The notes under the pieces were generated by a model that worked only from the letters and a program-made list of their open reading frames with translations, searched no databases and had not been told where the DNA came from. Below are positions 17,393-27,195 of a stretch of 64,000 nt of DNA, piece by piece. The first letter of the stretch is position 1, and every line of letters starts with the position of its first letter. Source of the stretch: a virus. Location of the stretch: IMG/VR virus record IMGVR_UViG_3300050821_017570, positions 64,001 to 128,000 of that record, one strand, 5' to 3'. Position numbers and translations under genes: made by a program.

Positions 17393-17713
17393 TCACTCTT
17401 CTAGCACGGTCACACAGCAGACCGTTTGATCGTCGTAGCGCAGATAGATGTCGTTGGCGGGCATTTCAGGCTCAACCATCAATGTGACACCGCACAGTTT
17501 CCTGGCTTGCTCGAAATCAACGTACTGGTCAGGCACAAGCGTGCTGCTAAGTCGACCCACAAATCCCGGGCTGGTATGCCAGCTACAATGCGTTTCCACC
17601 TCAGGGCGAATGTCCGGGCCTACATGACTGTAGGTGTGCTTCAGTGCGTTTAAGAGAGTCTCTCGTAACGACTGACTCCCCCAACGACACATTAGCTGCT
17701 GGAACGGAATCAT
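17393..17713 (-). CDS. Hypothetical protein
   Basis: ORF from MIPFQQL, TAATG-coupled. Confidence 0.55.
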   Translation of the reverse strand: MIPFQQLMCRWGSQSLRETLLNALKHTYSHVGPDIRPEVETHCSWHTSPGFVGRLSSTLVPDQYVDFEQARKLCGVTLMVEPEMPANDIYLRYDDQTVCCVTVLEE

Positions 17714-18039
17714 TAGGTCGCCGGAGTCGTAGCGGTGGCAGGGACGGTGGAGGCCGGCACCGCGTGCTTGATCGTCAGGCCCTGCAGGTAGGTCTGGCAG
17801 ACCTGATTCACGACCGCCTCGATGATGCGGAAGATACAGTAGACCTGCGCGCCCCACTTGAGCGTCTCCAGCACAACGGTCTGTTGGCCCCAAAAGAGCC
17901 AGGTACCGAGACCGGTCGCAGCCGCGATGGCCAGAAACTTGGTTGAGAACACGCCGGTCGGTAGATCCTTGGCGACGATCGACTTAATCTTCGCGGAGAT
18001 CGTATCGAAGACCTGGGACAGATGAGGGAAGCTGAGCAT
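17713..18039 (-). CDS. Small membrane protein (holin-like?)
   Basis: Two moderately hydrophobic segments, about 108 aa, near a 3D-domain gene. Confidence 0.4.
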   Translation of the reverse strand: MLSFPHLSQVFDTISAKIKSIVAKDLPTGVFSTKFLAIAAATGLGTWLFWGQQTVVLETLKWGAQVYCIFRIIEAVVNQVCQTYLQGLTIKHAVPASTVPATATTPAT

Positions 18040-18053
18040 TGGATATCCTTGGG

Positions 18054-18674
18054 TTAGAATTGAATTGAGAGGGAAGCGTATGGCATGAAATGGGAATGTC
18101 CACTGTGGTAGTCCCACACCTCACCCACACCGGCTCCAAGATGCTCCCAGTAATGACCGAACAGCTCAGCTGGCGGAAACACCGAAATCCCAACACCAGC
18201 GGCCTCACGACCAATCAGCAGGTCAGGTGAAAAAAGGTCAAATACGCGAGCGTCTGAGATCCTGACACCTACGTCGACCCGACTATCACCATCAGCTAGC
18301 GAACCATTCAACATGACACCCATGTAGGTGCCGACGTCAAGCCCCACGTAGAGCTGTGGAACCTGTCTGGTGTCCTTAACCGTGTAGTCTTTTAGCGCCG
18401 GATCGTTTGGGTCCGTATAGATCTCACCGGCGGACTCGTACAGCGTGAGGTCTGGCTCCAGGGGAGCCTTGGGGTCCTGATTCGTATGCTTGATCACAAT
18501 CACGTGATCAATGTCGTTGTGGCGGCGTACCCCGACGGGTTTCGATACCGTCGGAACAATGGTCTTGCCATCAATCGTACCGATTGGCTTCGCGATCACA
18601 TTGACGAAGGCGATCCAGCAGCCCACTAGGATCAACCCGATCATTACAACACGACCAATCGCATCCTGATTCAT
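18054..18674 (-). CDS. N-terminally anchored membrane protein
   Basis: N-terminal TM (IGRVVMIGLILVGCWIAFVNVI); C-terminal beta-strand pattern ending in F. Confidence 0.55.
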   Translation of the reverse strand: MNQDAIGRVVMIGLILVGCWIAFVNVIAKPIGTIDGKTIVPTVSKPVGVRRHNDIDHVIVIKHTNQDPKAPLEPDLTLYESAGEIYTDPNDPALKDYTVKDTRQVPQLYVGLDVGTYMGVMLNGSLADGDSRVDVGVRISDARVFDLFSPDLLIGREAAGVGISVFPPAELFGHYWEHLGAGVGEVWDYHSGHSHFMPYASLSIQF

Positions 18675-18684
18675 AGGCTGCTCA

Positions 18685-19074
18685 TTATGGAGAGTCGTAC
18701 ACCTTTATCCACATGTGCTTGACCCCATAGTCGACCGCATCATCAAACGTCGGAAGCCGTAGATCGATATGAAGGATATGATGGGCGCGCCAATCACGCC
18801 GCATGGCTGAACCGGTGTCATCGACAACCGTCACCCCGTATCCCGGAACCTCTATCTTGGTGTGATAGGGGATGGCGCGTGGATCGGCAGCCACACCACG
18901 AACGTAACGCCCAGCTATGTGCCGGCCATCACCAGTGATATGGGTCAACGGATAACAGCACTCCTCGCAGTCCGCGTAAGCGGTCACCAGAGCGTATTCC
19001 CAGTGAAACGATGGCTCATCTGCCGCCCACAAACGGGTCAGAAGAACCAGGAGGCTTAGCAGGCTTAATCTCAT
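18685..19074 (-). CDS. Secreted 3D-domain protein (cell-wall lytic/binding)
   Basis: Signal peptide; VTAY, VAADPRAIPY, DDTGSA, HIDL 3D-domain motifs. Confidence 0.8.
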   Translation of the reverse strand: MRLSLLSLLVLLTRLWAADEPSFHWEYALVTAYADCEECCYPLTHITGDGRHIAGRYVRGVAADPRAIPYHTKIEVPGYGVTVVDDTGSAMRRDWRAHHILHIDLRLPTFDDAVDYGVKHMWIKVYDSP

Positions 19075-19600
19075 GGTTCTTCCTTTCAGCGGCACGTTCG
19101 GCCGCAAGCTTGGCAGTTGATCTCTTATGACAGGGCACGCACAGCGTGGCAATACCCTCTAACCCGCACTCACCGCCTCCACGACAAACTGGTACCAAGT
19201 GCTCGGCTTCCCACCAGTCACGCTCAACCGTAGCGGGCCAACCATCTTGTTTCCACTGCTCACCAAGCCGTTTGGCAATCTCGTACCCCTTTGGTGACCA
19301 GACGCGTGGGTTACCCGCTGCTTCGAATGCTGCTCTGAGTTCGAGCCTCGCATCCTGTTGGCGTTTAACCGTGTCTATACCACAGCTCTTGCAAATGCCA
19401 GAATCACGGCCAAACACACAGCTACGCATGTAGCCGACATTGGATCGAATCTGCCACTCATGCACGCATTCGTCGCTACACCAGGATCGGCGAGGCGGTG
19501 TCACTTCCGTCTTACACCACCAGCATAGTAGGTGACCATTGGGCCCCCTGGGCCGCTTACTCATTGGGGGTAGCTTGCGAGCGACCCGGCGGGTACTCAT
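19016..19600 (-). CDS. HNH endonuclease
   Basis: CWWC...WCSDEC; RDSGICKSCG; EAEHLVPV..GGG...LCVPCHKRST. Confidence 0.8.
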   Translation of the reverse strand: MSTRRVARKLPPMSKRPRGPNGHLLCWWCKTEVTPPRRSWCSDECVHEWQIRSNVGYMRSCVFGRDSGICKSCGIDTVKRQQDARLELRAAFEAAGNPRVWSPKGYEIAKRLGEQWKQDGWPATVERDWWEAEHLVPVCRGGGECGLEGIATLCVPCHKRSTAKLAAERAAERKNHEIKPAKPPGSSDPFVGGR

Positions 19601-19607
19601 GCGGTCA

Positions 19608-19982
19608 CTATAGGTCAGCTAGAGGGTCTGCAAGCCCGTCTGTGGGCTCCGCAGGCTTCTCTGGTGGCTTTGGTGCTTTACGCGACTTGCGTGGCACCCG
19701 AGGCTTCTGGGAGGGCTTGGCGTAGCCTTCCCAGGGGTCGGTCCACACATCATTATCGGTGTGCTTGGCTGGCAGCCCATCCGCGTACCCCCAGAGCCCA
19801 CACTGGGCCTGGCCCACCAGTGGGCACTGCCGCAGCGTCTCTACCACCTCCTCTGGAGAGATCCCACAGTAGCGGGCCAGCTCTCCAGAGGACCTGCCGA
19901 TGATCCGGTAGTTTCGCGTCTCAGCCAAATGGATGAGACGCTGAATCCCAGGATTATCGCGGGGATGTAATTTTCGGCTCAT
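19608..19982 (-). CDS. Hypothetical protein, possible HTH
   Basis: SSGELARYCGISPEEV HTH-like segment. Confidence 0.45.
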   Translation of the reverse strand: MSRKLHPRDNPGIQRLIHLAETRNYRIIGRSSGELARYCGISPEEVVETLRQCPLVGQAQCGLWGYADGLPAKHTDNDVWTDPWEGYAKPSQKPRVPRKSRKAPKPPEKPAEPTDGLADPLADL

Positions 19983-20292
19983 ACTTCGAGATACTCAGGT
20001 CCTTCGTGAGCCGAACCGCCATCGCGTAGGGGTGTAGGACCGTGCGGCGCTGAGCCGCCCTGTGGAGCAGGTCAGTAATCTCGGGCGGCATGGCCTCGGA
20101 TTCGACATCACAGTCCGATACCGTGCTGTCGTAGTACTGCTCTAGGATCTCAAGATCCGTCTCCTCTAAGTCCGCCGAACCATTCTCGGTCAGATAGACC
20201 AGGAAATCGAACGCCATGGCGGACCGACAGAACTGCACGAGCATCGACACATCACGCGAAATCAACTTGGTTTGAGCGGCTTTATCTTCCAC
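19954..20292 (-). CDS. Hypothetical protein
   Basis: 112-aa ORF. Confidence 0.55.
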   Translation of the reverse strand: MEDKAAQTKLISRDVSMLVQFCRSAMAFDFLVYLTENGSADLEETDLEILEQYYDSTVSDCDVESEAMPPEITDLLHRAAQRRTVLHPYAMAVRLTKDLSISKYEPKITSPR

Positions 20293-20295
20293 GGT

Positions 20296-20751
20296 TTAAC
20301 CTTCAGCCGCGGCGGCCATGTTCTCGACCGACGTGGGGATAAAAATGGTACGACGACGAGCCATCAGGCCAGCCATGCGATCACCAGATGCGGTAGGACT
20401 CACATGGTTGGCAAACCACGCGGGAGTGGTTTCGGCAAGGCAACCGATCAGGTCGATATTCTCACGGACCTGACGGCCAGCGCGGCGATAGCATCCTGAG
20501 GTATTCCGGTAGGTATCCCGGTAGGTATAGCTAATCGTACTACCATAGTGGTCACGATTGTAGGGTCTACCGTCGTAATTCCAGGCGAATTCAGCATCGT
20601 AGACGTAGGCCAACAGGGCTATGGGGTCCCCACGCCGCTGGGTCACTTCGGTAATGATGGCCCTAGTGTCCTGCCCACGACATAACCAGATCTGACCAAC
20701 CTTTGGAGTCGGAAGTTCGACTTTTTCACTGCTAGTTCGACGACGAGCCAT
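20296..20751 (-). CDS. GQIW-family protein #25, extended
   Basis: PKVGQIWLCRGQ...NIDLIGCL. Confidence 0.7.
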   Translation of the reverse strand: MARRRTSSEKVELPTPKVGQIWLCRGQDTRAIITEVTQRRGDPIALLAYVYDAEFAWNYDGRPYNRDHYGSTISYTYRDTYRNTSGCYRRAGRQVRENIDLIGCLAETTPAWFANHVSPTASGDRMAGLMARRRTIFIPTSVENMAAAAEG

Positions 20752-21094
20752 CTAAGGCTCCTTTGGTTGGATGAAACACGTCATAAAGACGTTGGTAGAT
20801 ATCTTCAATCGACAGACCTGTATCCCAGAGAAGCAGCATATCGTCGACCCACGGGTATTGCTGTGTCATACGATTGAGCCATTCGGCATCGGCTCGCTTG
20901 TAGAGTACCAGGTGGATCAACAGGATCTCGTCACTGCAACGAGACTCTCGCGGATCCCTCGTACCGGCCAGCAGCTTATCGATTTCATAGGCTATCGCGC
21001 CAGGCGCAACGTATGGTCGATTCTCCTGATATACGACTGGCCCACGTTTGGCCAGACACAGTGCATTGAAATCGGGAATACTGTACTCACTCAT
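20732..21094 (-). CDS. Hypothetical protein
   Basis: 120-aa ORF. Confidence 0.55.
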   Translation of the reverse strand: MSEYSIPDFNALCLAKRGPVVYQENRPYVAPGAIAYEIDKLLAGTRDPRESRCSDEILLIHLVLYKRADAEWLNRMTQQYPWVDDMLLLWDTGLSIEDIYQRLYDVFHPTKGALDGSSSN

Positions 21095-21422
21095 CTAGGA
21101 GATCTCTTATCGGATCGGGGGTTGGTTCAACCGGTTTGGCAGCAGCGGGTGGCTCGGGCTCTGGCGCAAATTCCGCGTCCAGCAGGTCAGCCACCACGGG
21201 TGAGTCCCAACCCAGCTGGGCTCCGGCGGTCATGGCTGACACCTGAAACGGTGTAACGCCAAGCGCCTGATTCATCGCTAGGGCTCGTTCAGCCGTTTGG
21301 GCACCCGGGTAGGGTCGATAACCTCGACCGCCCAACATGATGACCCCAACTCGGCCTTCCTCAGGGACAAAAACATAGCAACGCGTTGGCAGACGTGCCA
21401 GCGTCTCGTGTATTTTTGACAT
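21087..21422 (-). CDS. Conserved phage/mobile-element hypothetical protein
   Basis: LPxxC...GY...NxxLGVTxxQxxAMxxGxxxGWxxP pattern. Confidence 0.6.
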   Translation of the reverse strand: MSKIHETLARLPTRCYVFVPEEGRVGVIMLGGRGYRPYPGAQTAERALAMNQALGVTPFQVSAMTAGAQLGWDSPVVADLLDAEFAPEPEPPAAAKPVEPTPDPIRDLLDE

Positions 21423-21429
21423 AACACCT

Positions 21430-23742
21430 TCAGATCAGCTGGCAGCTGCCCCCGCTGCACGCGATGGTCTCGCTGGGGCGTGTGTTATCTTCGGCTTCAA
21501 TCAGATCACGATAGTCGACAGGCTGGTGGTCTCTCGTGAGATCTTCCCATAGCTTACAATTGCTCACATTCTTCAGGCAATACGTCATACGACGAACATC
21601 ACCATCGAAGTAGCGGGCTGCAAACTGCTTGGCACGTCGAATGAAGTCCTGCTGCATGATGACCTGGTTGCAGGTAGCACGGAACTGGGCCAACGACTTG
21701 TCGTCCCAATCACGCGATACATCTAACGCCGGCACCTCCAGCTTGCGCCCCGTACCAAGTACACACGCACAGGCGGCCCAGAGGTCGTCATCAAACGCAT
21801 GGAGCCCATCAACGATCAGACCGGACGCAAACAGCGCCCCGGTGCCAAACTCGTCAACGATCTCACGGTACGTGGGGACCTCACAGAACGGGGCCTGCGG
21901 ATAGTCAAGGTCACCGCCCTCCGGTAGGAGTGAGATGCCTGCAAAGTACTGGCGGTTCTCATAGATATAGTTGGAGACTTCCTCCCACTCGGTCGCCTTC
22001 ACACTGATGGTGTTGGAGACGCTATGACGGAGCCAAGGCTGGGCACATGCCTCGTAGACCGTACCGGCCTCGACCCAGTTTTGCTGAGTCAGCTTGACCG
22101 CCTCCAGGAGAGCCAACGCGGTGACGGACCGCTTGGTCTTCGAATGCGCCTCAGCTTCGACACAGAAGATGATGCTGGCATCGGTCTTATTGGCCGACCA
22201 GACACTCACCTCGGTGGCACGCGGGTTCGTAGCCGCATAGTGGGCATACACGGGATCCGACGTATTCGACTGCACGCGTCTAAAGTAGCGCCGTGCGTGT
22301 CGTGGGTGGATACCAGACGCCGTATCGAGTAGGCAGCTGACCGACCCCTCAGGCTTCACGCACGTCGTGCGAGCCGCTCTCGGGATACCCAACTTGGCAG
22401 CCAGCGCGGCATTGGTCTGCTTGATCAGTTCGGCACCACGCCGCTGGATCTCAGGATCCAACGTAATGTCGGGGGAATCCATGATTCCGGTCATGCTGAC
22501 GCCCAGCAGGGACTCACGAATCGTAATGGCCTCACTGATGGGGCCCAAGTAGTCAAAGCGAGTGTAGGCGGCCTGAAGCGTACCCAACATGGCGGCAGCC
22601 CGACAGGCTAACTGGAACTTCGCCTCCGTCCGACACAGTTTGGCATTGATCGTGCTGAGGTTGCAGAACTGCCAGCCAGTGATCTCGGTCTCCATATCGG
22701 TGTCTGGACTGAGATTCCATTCGCCCTGAGGATGCACCTTTAGCGCCTTGGTCAGGCTGATCTTGGGGCACGTGGTGATCTCACAGCACGGGTTCACCAG
22801 CACTTCGGTCGAGTCGGTAAAAACGAAACCTGGCTCACCAAACTCCTTGACCGACTCCATCAAACGAAGGAATTGCTCCTTTGAGGTCTGGTTACGCACC
22901 AGAATGGCAGAGTTGTTGGAACGACCACGCTGAGGATTATCAACGAACCAAGACCCCGTCTTAGCAGTCGCCATCTCGGTATCTTCGGGGCTAAACAGAC
23001 AGATGGTGGCTGACCGTCTGACCCCACCGGACAGAACGGCGTCGCTGGCGTGCATCATGATGTCGTAGGCATCGATTGGGCGCAATCTATCCGAGACGAC
23101 AGCGCACCGGTCAAGCACCTGTCGGCACAGTTCGAGTGAACGGGCCAGCCCATCCGGTCCAGGCGCCTTCCCCGAGCAGCTACTCAGGTAGGCACCCTTG
23201 GGTCGAATACCAGAATAATCGAATTCAATCGTATGGCCCTTACAGAGGCCGATCGGTTGATTGGAGTCAAAGTAACTCGACAGCAGGGCACCCAGTGCGT
23301 CAGCCCAACCCTCGATCGAATCATCCACCCGATAGACCCGCTTGGGACCCGTGGGGGCTGAAATCGATGGAAGCTGTGCGATATGATGGTGTTGGACGCT
23401 GAACCCAACCCCACACCCACACAGCAACAGCCATAATGCTTCCTGAAAGAATCTCGGACGGTCACAGTAGCTCATCACACAATTGTAAACCCGAGCGTGC
23501 TTACGCTCGATCGGCGCGCCACCGAACTGAAGGGCCCGTTGGGACCCTTGAATCAACTGCCCCAAAAGGGCTCGTTCGACCAGATCAATCTCTGCCCCCA
23601 CATCCTTGTCGGCAAAGTGCCGACGATGCATTTGGACGACACGGTCGATAGCTTCCTCATAAGTTTCCCGGCGGCCGAGTTCGGGCGACCAACGGGCATA
23701 ACGCGACGTGAAAGTAAAATTCTGCAAGTCTTGACGGGACAT
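21430..23742 (-). CDS. nrdJ: Class II (adenosylcobalamin-dependent) ribonucleotide reductase
   Basis: SRYARW, GSQRALQFGG, YNC, GCGVGFSV, NPCCEI catalytic motif, TCVKPEGSVS, C-terminal CSGGSC. Confidence 0.92.
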   Translation of the reverse strand: MSRQDLQNFTFTSRYARWSPELGRRETYEEAIDRVVQMHRRHFADKDVGAEIDLVERALLGQLIQGSQRALQFGGAPIERKHARVYNCVMSYCDRPRFFQEALWLLLCGCGVGFSVQHHHIAQLPSISAPTGPKRVYRVDDSIEGWADALGALLSSYFDSNQPIGLCKGHTIEFDYSGIRPKGAYLSSCSGKAPGPDGLARSLELCRQVLDRCAVVSDRLRPIDAYDIMMHASDAVLSGGVRRSATICLFSPEDTEMATAKTGSWFVDNPQRGRSNNSAILVRNQTSKEQFLRLMESVKEFGEPGFVFTDSTEVLVNPCCEITTCPKISLTKALKVHPQGEWNLSPDTDMETEITGWQFCNLSTINAKLCRTEAKFQLACRAAAMLGTLQAAYTRFDYLGPISEAITIRESLLGVSMTGIMDSPDITLDPEIQRRGAELIKQTNAALAAKLGIPRAARTTCVKPEGSVSCLLDTASGIHPRHARRYFRRVQSNTSDPVYAHYAATNPRATEVSVWSANKTDASIIFCVEAEAHSKTKRSVTALALLEAVKLTQQNWVEAGTVYEACAQPWLRHSVSNTISVKATEWEEVSNYIYENRQYFAGISLLPEGGDLDYPQAPFCEVPTYREIVDEFGTGALFASGLIVDGLHAFDDDLWAACACVLGTGRKLEVPALDVSRDWDDKSLAQFRATCNQVIMQQDFIRRAKQFAARYFDGDVRRMTYCLKNVSNCKLWEDLTRDHQPVDYRDLIEAEDNTRPSETIACSGGSCQLI

Positions 23743-23902
23743 TGAGACGCAACCTTAGCTTGGATGAAGTGGTTCCTCAGATTCATCTTCTGAGCCGGTC
23801 AAACAACCCGAGGGCCTCTGTGACCCCCGGGGCTTGACTGGAACGCTACTTGGGATTGGGGATCCGAATCCTGACAAGACTCGGATCCAACACAACTATC
23901 TT

Positions 23903-24862
23903 CTAACCCCTCTGATGGGGCGGATACTTCGGAGGCGGTACGTCCATCAGGTCTCGACCGGGTTCGTAGTCACCCTCTGGAAAGTCGATTCCAAATCCGT
24001 CGCCAGGCATCCACGGCAACCGAGCCTCCGTTGCGGGTGGCCCTTCCTGCGTCACCGGTGCCCCAATGGGTCCAAACGGATACACCGTGTCGACCGGCTC
24101 GGGAACCGGCTTGGCCGTCTTGGTATCGACCAGACCGACCACTTCCATCACCTCGGGCGTGAGGACTCGGTGGCGGACCAACGAGATCTCCAGGGCGACC
24201 AGCTTGGTCAGAATGGAGAAGTCGACATCTAGTCCACCATCAGGCTGCTCGTGCCCCACACAGACCCAGCAACGCCCCTCGATCAGCTCAGAGTATGTGC
24301 CGAATATCGTCTTCAGGATCCAGACGTTCTGATTGACCGCACTGCTGGTCTCGGCTTCCGCCCATGCGAGTTCTTCAGAGATGACGTGCCAGAGTCCATA
24401 CTTACGATCCGGGTCATCAGACGAGTCAGCCTTCGGGTGGCTCCGCAGCTGGTCGATCCCACCCTGGAGCCGCTCCAGCATCTGGGCCGCATCAGGCAGC
24501 TTCTGCTTGAGCCGGCCAGCCAGATCGGGTTCGCTCCAGTGGAATCGCGGATCCGACTCGGGAGCCGGGTAGGCCGGATATGGGCTCTGACCGTGCTTGA
24601 GGGCTAGCCTCAGATGGAACTCCCACTGATGGTTAAACCCATACGCCACATGCGCCGCCTCATCAGCCGGCAGGTCTCTAATCCACTGTGGCAGCTTGCC
24701 CTTACAGCTGACACACCCGTAGCCCTTGATCAGTGCGTCCAACTCCCAGGATTTCATGCCGGTGGCGTCATCGAGACTCAAGCCTTTGGGGGCATAGACG
24801 ATGTCTCCACAGCAACGGCAGTACAGACTTACGATTGCATTAGCAGCCATAGCAGTTTTCAT
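23903..24862 (-). CDS. Hypothetical protein with N-terminal Cys pairs
   Basis: 319-aa ORF; CRCC, CVSC; Pro-rich tail. Confidence 0.65.
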   Translation of the reverse strand: MKTAMAANAIVSLYCRCCGDIVYAPKGLSLDDATGMKSWELDALIKGYGCVSCKGKLPQWIRDLPADEAAHVAYGFNHQWEFHLRLALKHGQSPYPAYPAPESDPRFHWSEPDLAGRLKQKLPDAAQMLERLQGGIDQLRSHPKADSSDDPDRKYGLWHVISEELAWAEAETSSAVNQNVWILKTIFGTYSELIEGRCWVCVGHEQPDGGLDVDFSILTKLVALEISLVRHRVLTPEVMEVVGLVDTKTAKPVPEPVDTVYPFGPIGAPVTQEGPPATEARLPWMPGDGFGIDFPEGDYEPGRDLMDVPPPKYPPHQRG

Positions 24863-24969
24863 GCTACCAGATCCTTGTTCCTAGGAAACAAACCTAGGTC
24901 TAAGTTGTGAGTCGCTTAGCAATGGCGACCCAACCACCCTTATGGGTTGGGTTCATAGCACGGTCATCG

Positions 24970-25269
24970 TCATGTTGGTTTCTCGAATTGCTTTTTTAGG
25001 CGCTTGTATTCTTGGAGTTTCTCACGGTGGCGGTCAGCCGCGCGAGCTTCCTGGTCTTCACGCTCCTCCTGATTTGGTGGGCGCTGAAACACGATACTCC
25101 TGTCGATACCGCCACCGTATCCCGTATCGATGCTTAGCTGGAGATTGGTTGCGTCAGGGTGTTCGGCCATGATCTCGGCTTCCAGATCCCTAATGTTCTT
25201 GATCGCCTGATCGAGTGTACAACACTCAAGCTCGATGTAGCGGCTATCGCTTACATTCTCGTATTTCAT
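24970..25269 (-). CDS. Hypothetical protein
   Basis: 99-aa ORF with coiled-coil C-terminus. Confidence 0.55.
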   Translation of the reverse strand: MKYENVSDSRYIELECCTLDQAIKNIRDLEAEIMAEHPDATNLQLSIDTGYGGGIDRSIVFQRPPNQEEREDQEARAADRHREKLQEYKRLKKQFEKPT

Positions 25270-26069
25270 CAGAACATCCCTTCACTTCGGTACCTGCTAA
25301 GAAATTCAGTCATGATGGGATCGGTCTCCCGCCCCTCCATCATCTTGCCCATGACCTGCTCGAACGCTTCGTTCCGCCAGTCACGAGGCAGCACACCCGT
25401 ACAGTAGAGGACCCGACCCAGCACAGCGATCGTGTTCAGCACATCGGTGGCACAGTAAGCGGAGATCGTGTCAAGACGACCGGCCTCAAACAACGCTTCG
25501 ACATCGGTTCCATCAACCCCAACCTTACCCGGTGCACCCACCTGGTGGGCCCAAAAACCCAGACTCCCGTGTTTGCCGAGCGTGTCGAACAGATCGATGT
25601 GACCGTTGCGGCACAGGATGTGCCTTGGGTCTTCCCAGGGCGGACACGACAGCTTCAACCACTGGGTCAGATCGGTCCCATAGGCTAGCCCGAGTGCCTC
25701 CATGACCTTCATGTCGAAGCCACGACCATTGAAGGTCACCAGGGTGGGCTGATAGTGTTGCTTCACCTCATTGTACTCACGCCAAAACTCATGAACAATA
25801 TGACCGGGTTTGGTCAAATCGGTATGCGTGAGCGTCTTATGCCCCATGTACTGGAGCTGTGGATCCAACAGGGTCAGCACGATGCAGACCGGCTGATGAT
25901 ACCGAGGAGGGATGAAGCAGTCTTCCGCATCCTTGCCCTGGCAGAGCGTCGCCTTGATCCGAATCAGGGCTTCCTCCCTAGTCTCGGTACCGAGAATGCC
26001 ACCGTTGGTCTGGAGGATGAGATCGTTGTCTGGCACCGACTCTATGTCGGTCACAAAATAGCCGCCCAT
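25269..26069 (-). CDS. Stand-alone PolB-like 3'-5' exonuclease
   Basis: VTDIESVP (ExoI), TFNGRGFD (ExoII), YCATDV (ExoIII). Confidence 0.85.
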   Translation of the reverse strand: MGGYFVTDIESVPDNDLILQTNGGILGTETREEALIRIKATLCQGKDAEDCFIPPRYHQPVCIVLTLLDPQLQYMGHKTLTHTDLTKPGHIVHEFWREYNEVKQHYQPTLVTFNGRGFDMKVMEALGLAYGTDLTQWLKLSCPPWEDPRHILCRNGHIDLFDTLGKHGSLGFWAHQVGAPGKVGVDGTDVEALFEAGRLDTISAYCATDVLNTIAVLGRVLYCTGVLPRDWRNEAFEQVMGKMMEGRETDPIMTEFLSRYRSEGMF

Positions 26070-26336
26070 TTAGAATCCTTTGTAGAAGTGCTCGATCAGC
26101 GCTTCCAGATTGTGTTGTGTGTCTGCCGGAGTCTGCCCCAGCACCTTTGGCGCCGGTCCACCCTCATTCAGGAAATGGACGAATGGGTCACTCGGATCAC
26201 AGCCCTTTAGGACGATGATGAAGTTCCAAGAAGCATGATTCTCAAAATAGAAATACTCGAAATCATGATCAAACGTACCTTTGGCCTCGATCTCGTCCTC
26301 TAACGAGCCAATCGAGATAGTGATCCCATCAAGCAT
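26070..26336 (-). CDS. Hypothetical protein
   Basis: 88-aa ORF. Confidence 0.5.
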   Translation of the reverse strand: MLDGITISIGSLEDEIEAKGTFDHDFEYFYFENHASWNFIIVLKGCDPSDPFVHFLNEGGPAPKVLGQTPADTQHNLEALIEHFYKGF

Positions 26337-26344
26337 ATGATCCC

Positions 26345-26740
26345 TTAGTTAATAGGGAAATCCGGCGGAGTAGACGCCTGGAAGGCTTCTACCTCTTTCC
26401 TCGCACAGGCATAAAAATGACCAATCTTGAGTTGATCGGCTGAGAAAGCCAACGCCACACCAGCTTCACACAGGATGGGGAGCCAAGGCTCCGCGATCTC
26501 CATGTGGCCTTCACCCGTTGGGGTCAGCTTGAGAATCTGGCAGTCACGGAGCGGCACCCCGATGTGGCTTTTCTGGTGACCCACCAGGTTGGTTGGCTCA
26601 CCAGCCAATAGCCGCTGGTGGTTCCATTCATCGGCTTTGCCGTCGCGTATCACCAGATAGTTGGCCCGCATGTCCAATTTGCTGAACATGAGCACCGCTA
26701 TCTCAGCCACCACTTCGTCAATTTTCTCCGGGCTCATCAT
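26345..26740 (-). CDS. Hypothetical protein
   Basis: ORF from MMSPEK; GAGG RBS. Confidence 0.55.
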   Translation of the reverse strand: MMSPEKIDEVVAEIAVLMFSKLDMRANYLVIRDGKADEWNHQRLLAGEPTNLVGHQKSHIGVPLRDCQILKLTPTGEGHMEIAEPWLPILCEAGVALAFSADQLKIGHFYACARKEVEAFQASTPPDFPIN

Positions 26741-27194
26741 GATCTTCTTCCTCAGAGGCCTCGTTGGCCCCATCGTAGTTCTCGTACGACAAACCAATCA
26801 CCGTACGGAGCGAAATCGCCAACCTATCCATCATACGAGCGATCTCACCCTGAACGAGAGTAAGGCCGTGCTCGATCAGCCGCGGCTCATCGCCACGGCA
26901 GCAGAACCCGCTGAAGAAAAAATCAAACCCATCACCATTGCAGGTGTCGATATCCTCGATATGTGGGACCCCAAACTCGTAGGCCGGTAACGGCGCAAGT
27001 TTGGTCTGGGCAAGCGGTATGCCGGATTCGGAAAACTCGGAGTCACCCGTGATGAGTGGGATGGGACCATCGAAGCCAGTCACCACCATATGGGTGACCT
27101 GGATAAACGGATCGTCCTTATTCCAGCTATGCTGGTATTTAACCAGCGAGACACGGTCACCGATCTGGAACTTCACCATGCTGATTGCCGTCAT
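26718..27194 (-). CDS. Hypothetical protein
   Basis: 158-aa ORF beginning KFQIGDRV (SH3/KOW-like start). Confidence 0.55.
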   Translation of the reverse strand: MTAISMVKFQIGDRVSLVKYQHSWNKDDPFIQVTHMVVTGFDGPIPLITGDSEFSESGIPLAQTKLAPLPAYEFGVPHIEDIDTCNGDGFDFFFSGFCCRGDEPRLIEHGLTLVQGEIARMMDRLAISLRTVIGLSYENYDGANEASEEEDHDEPGEN

Positions 27195-27195
27195 G

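Noticed and set aside
24863-24969. Small hairpin cluster in intergenic gap
   Set aside because: The stems are short (5-9 bp) and compatible with ordinary terminator or promoter elements; no ncRNA family was recognisable.
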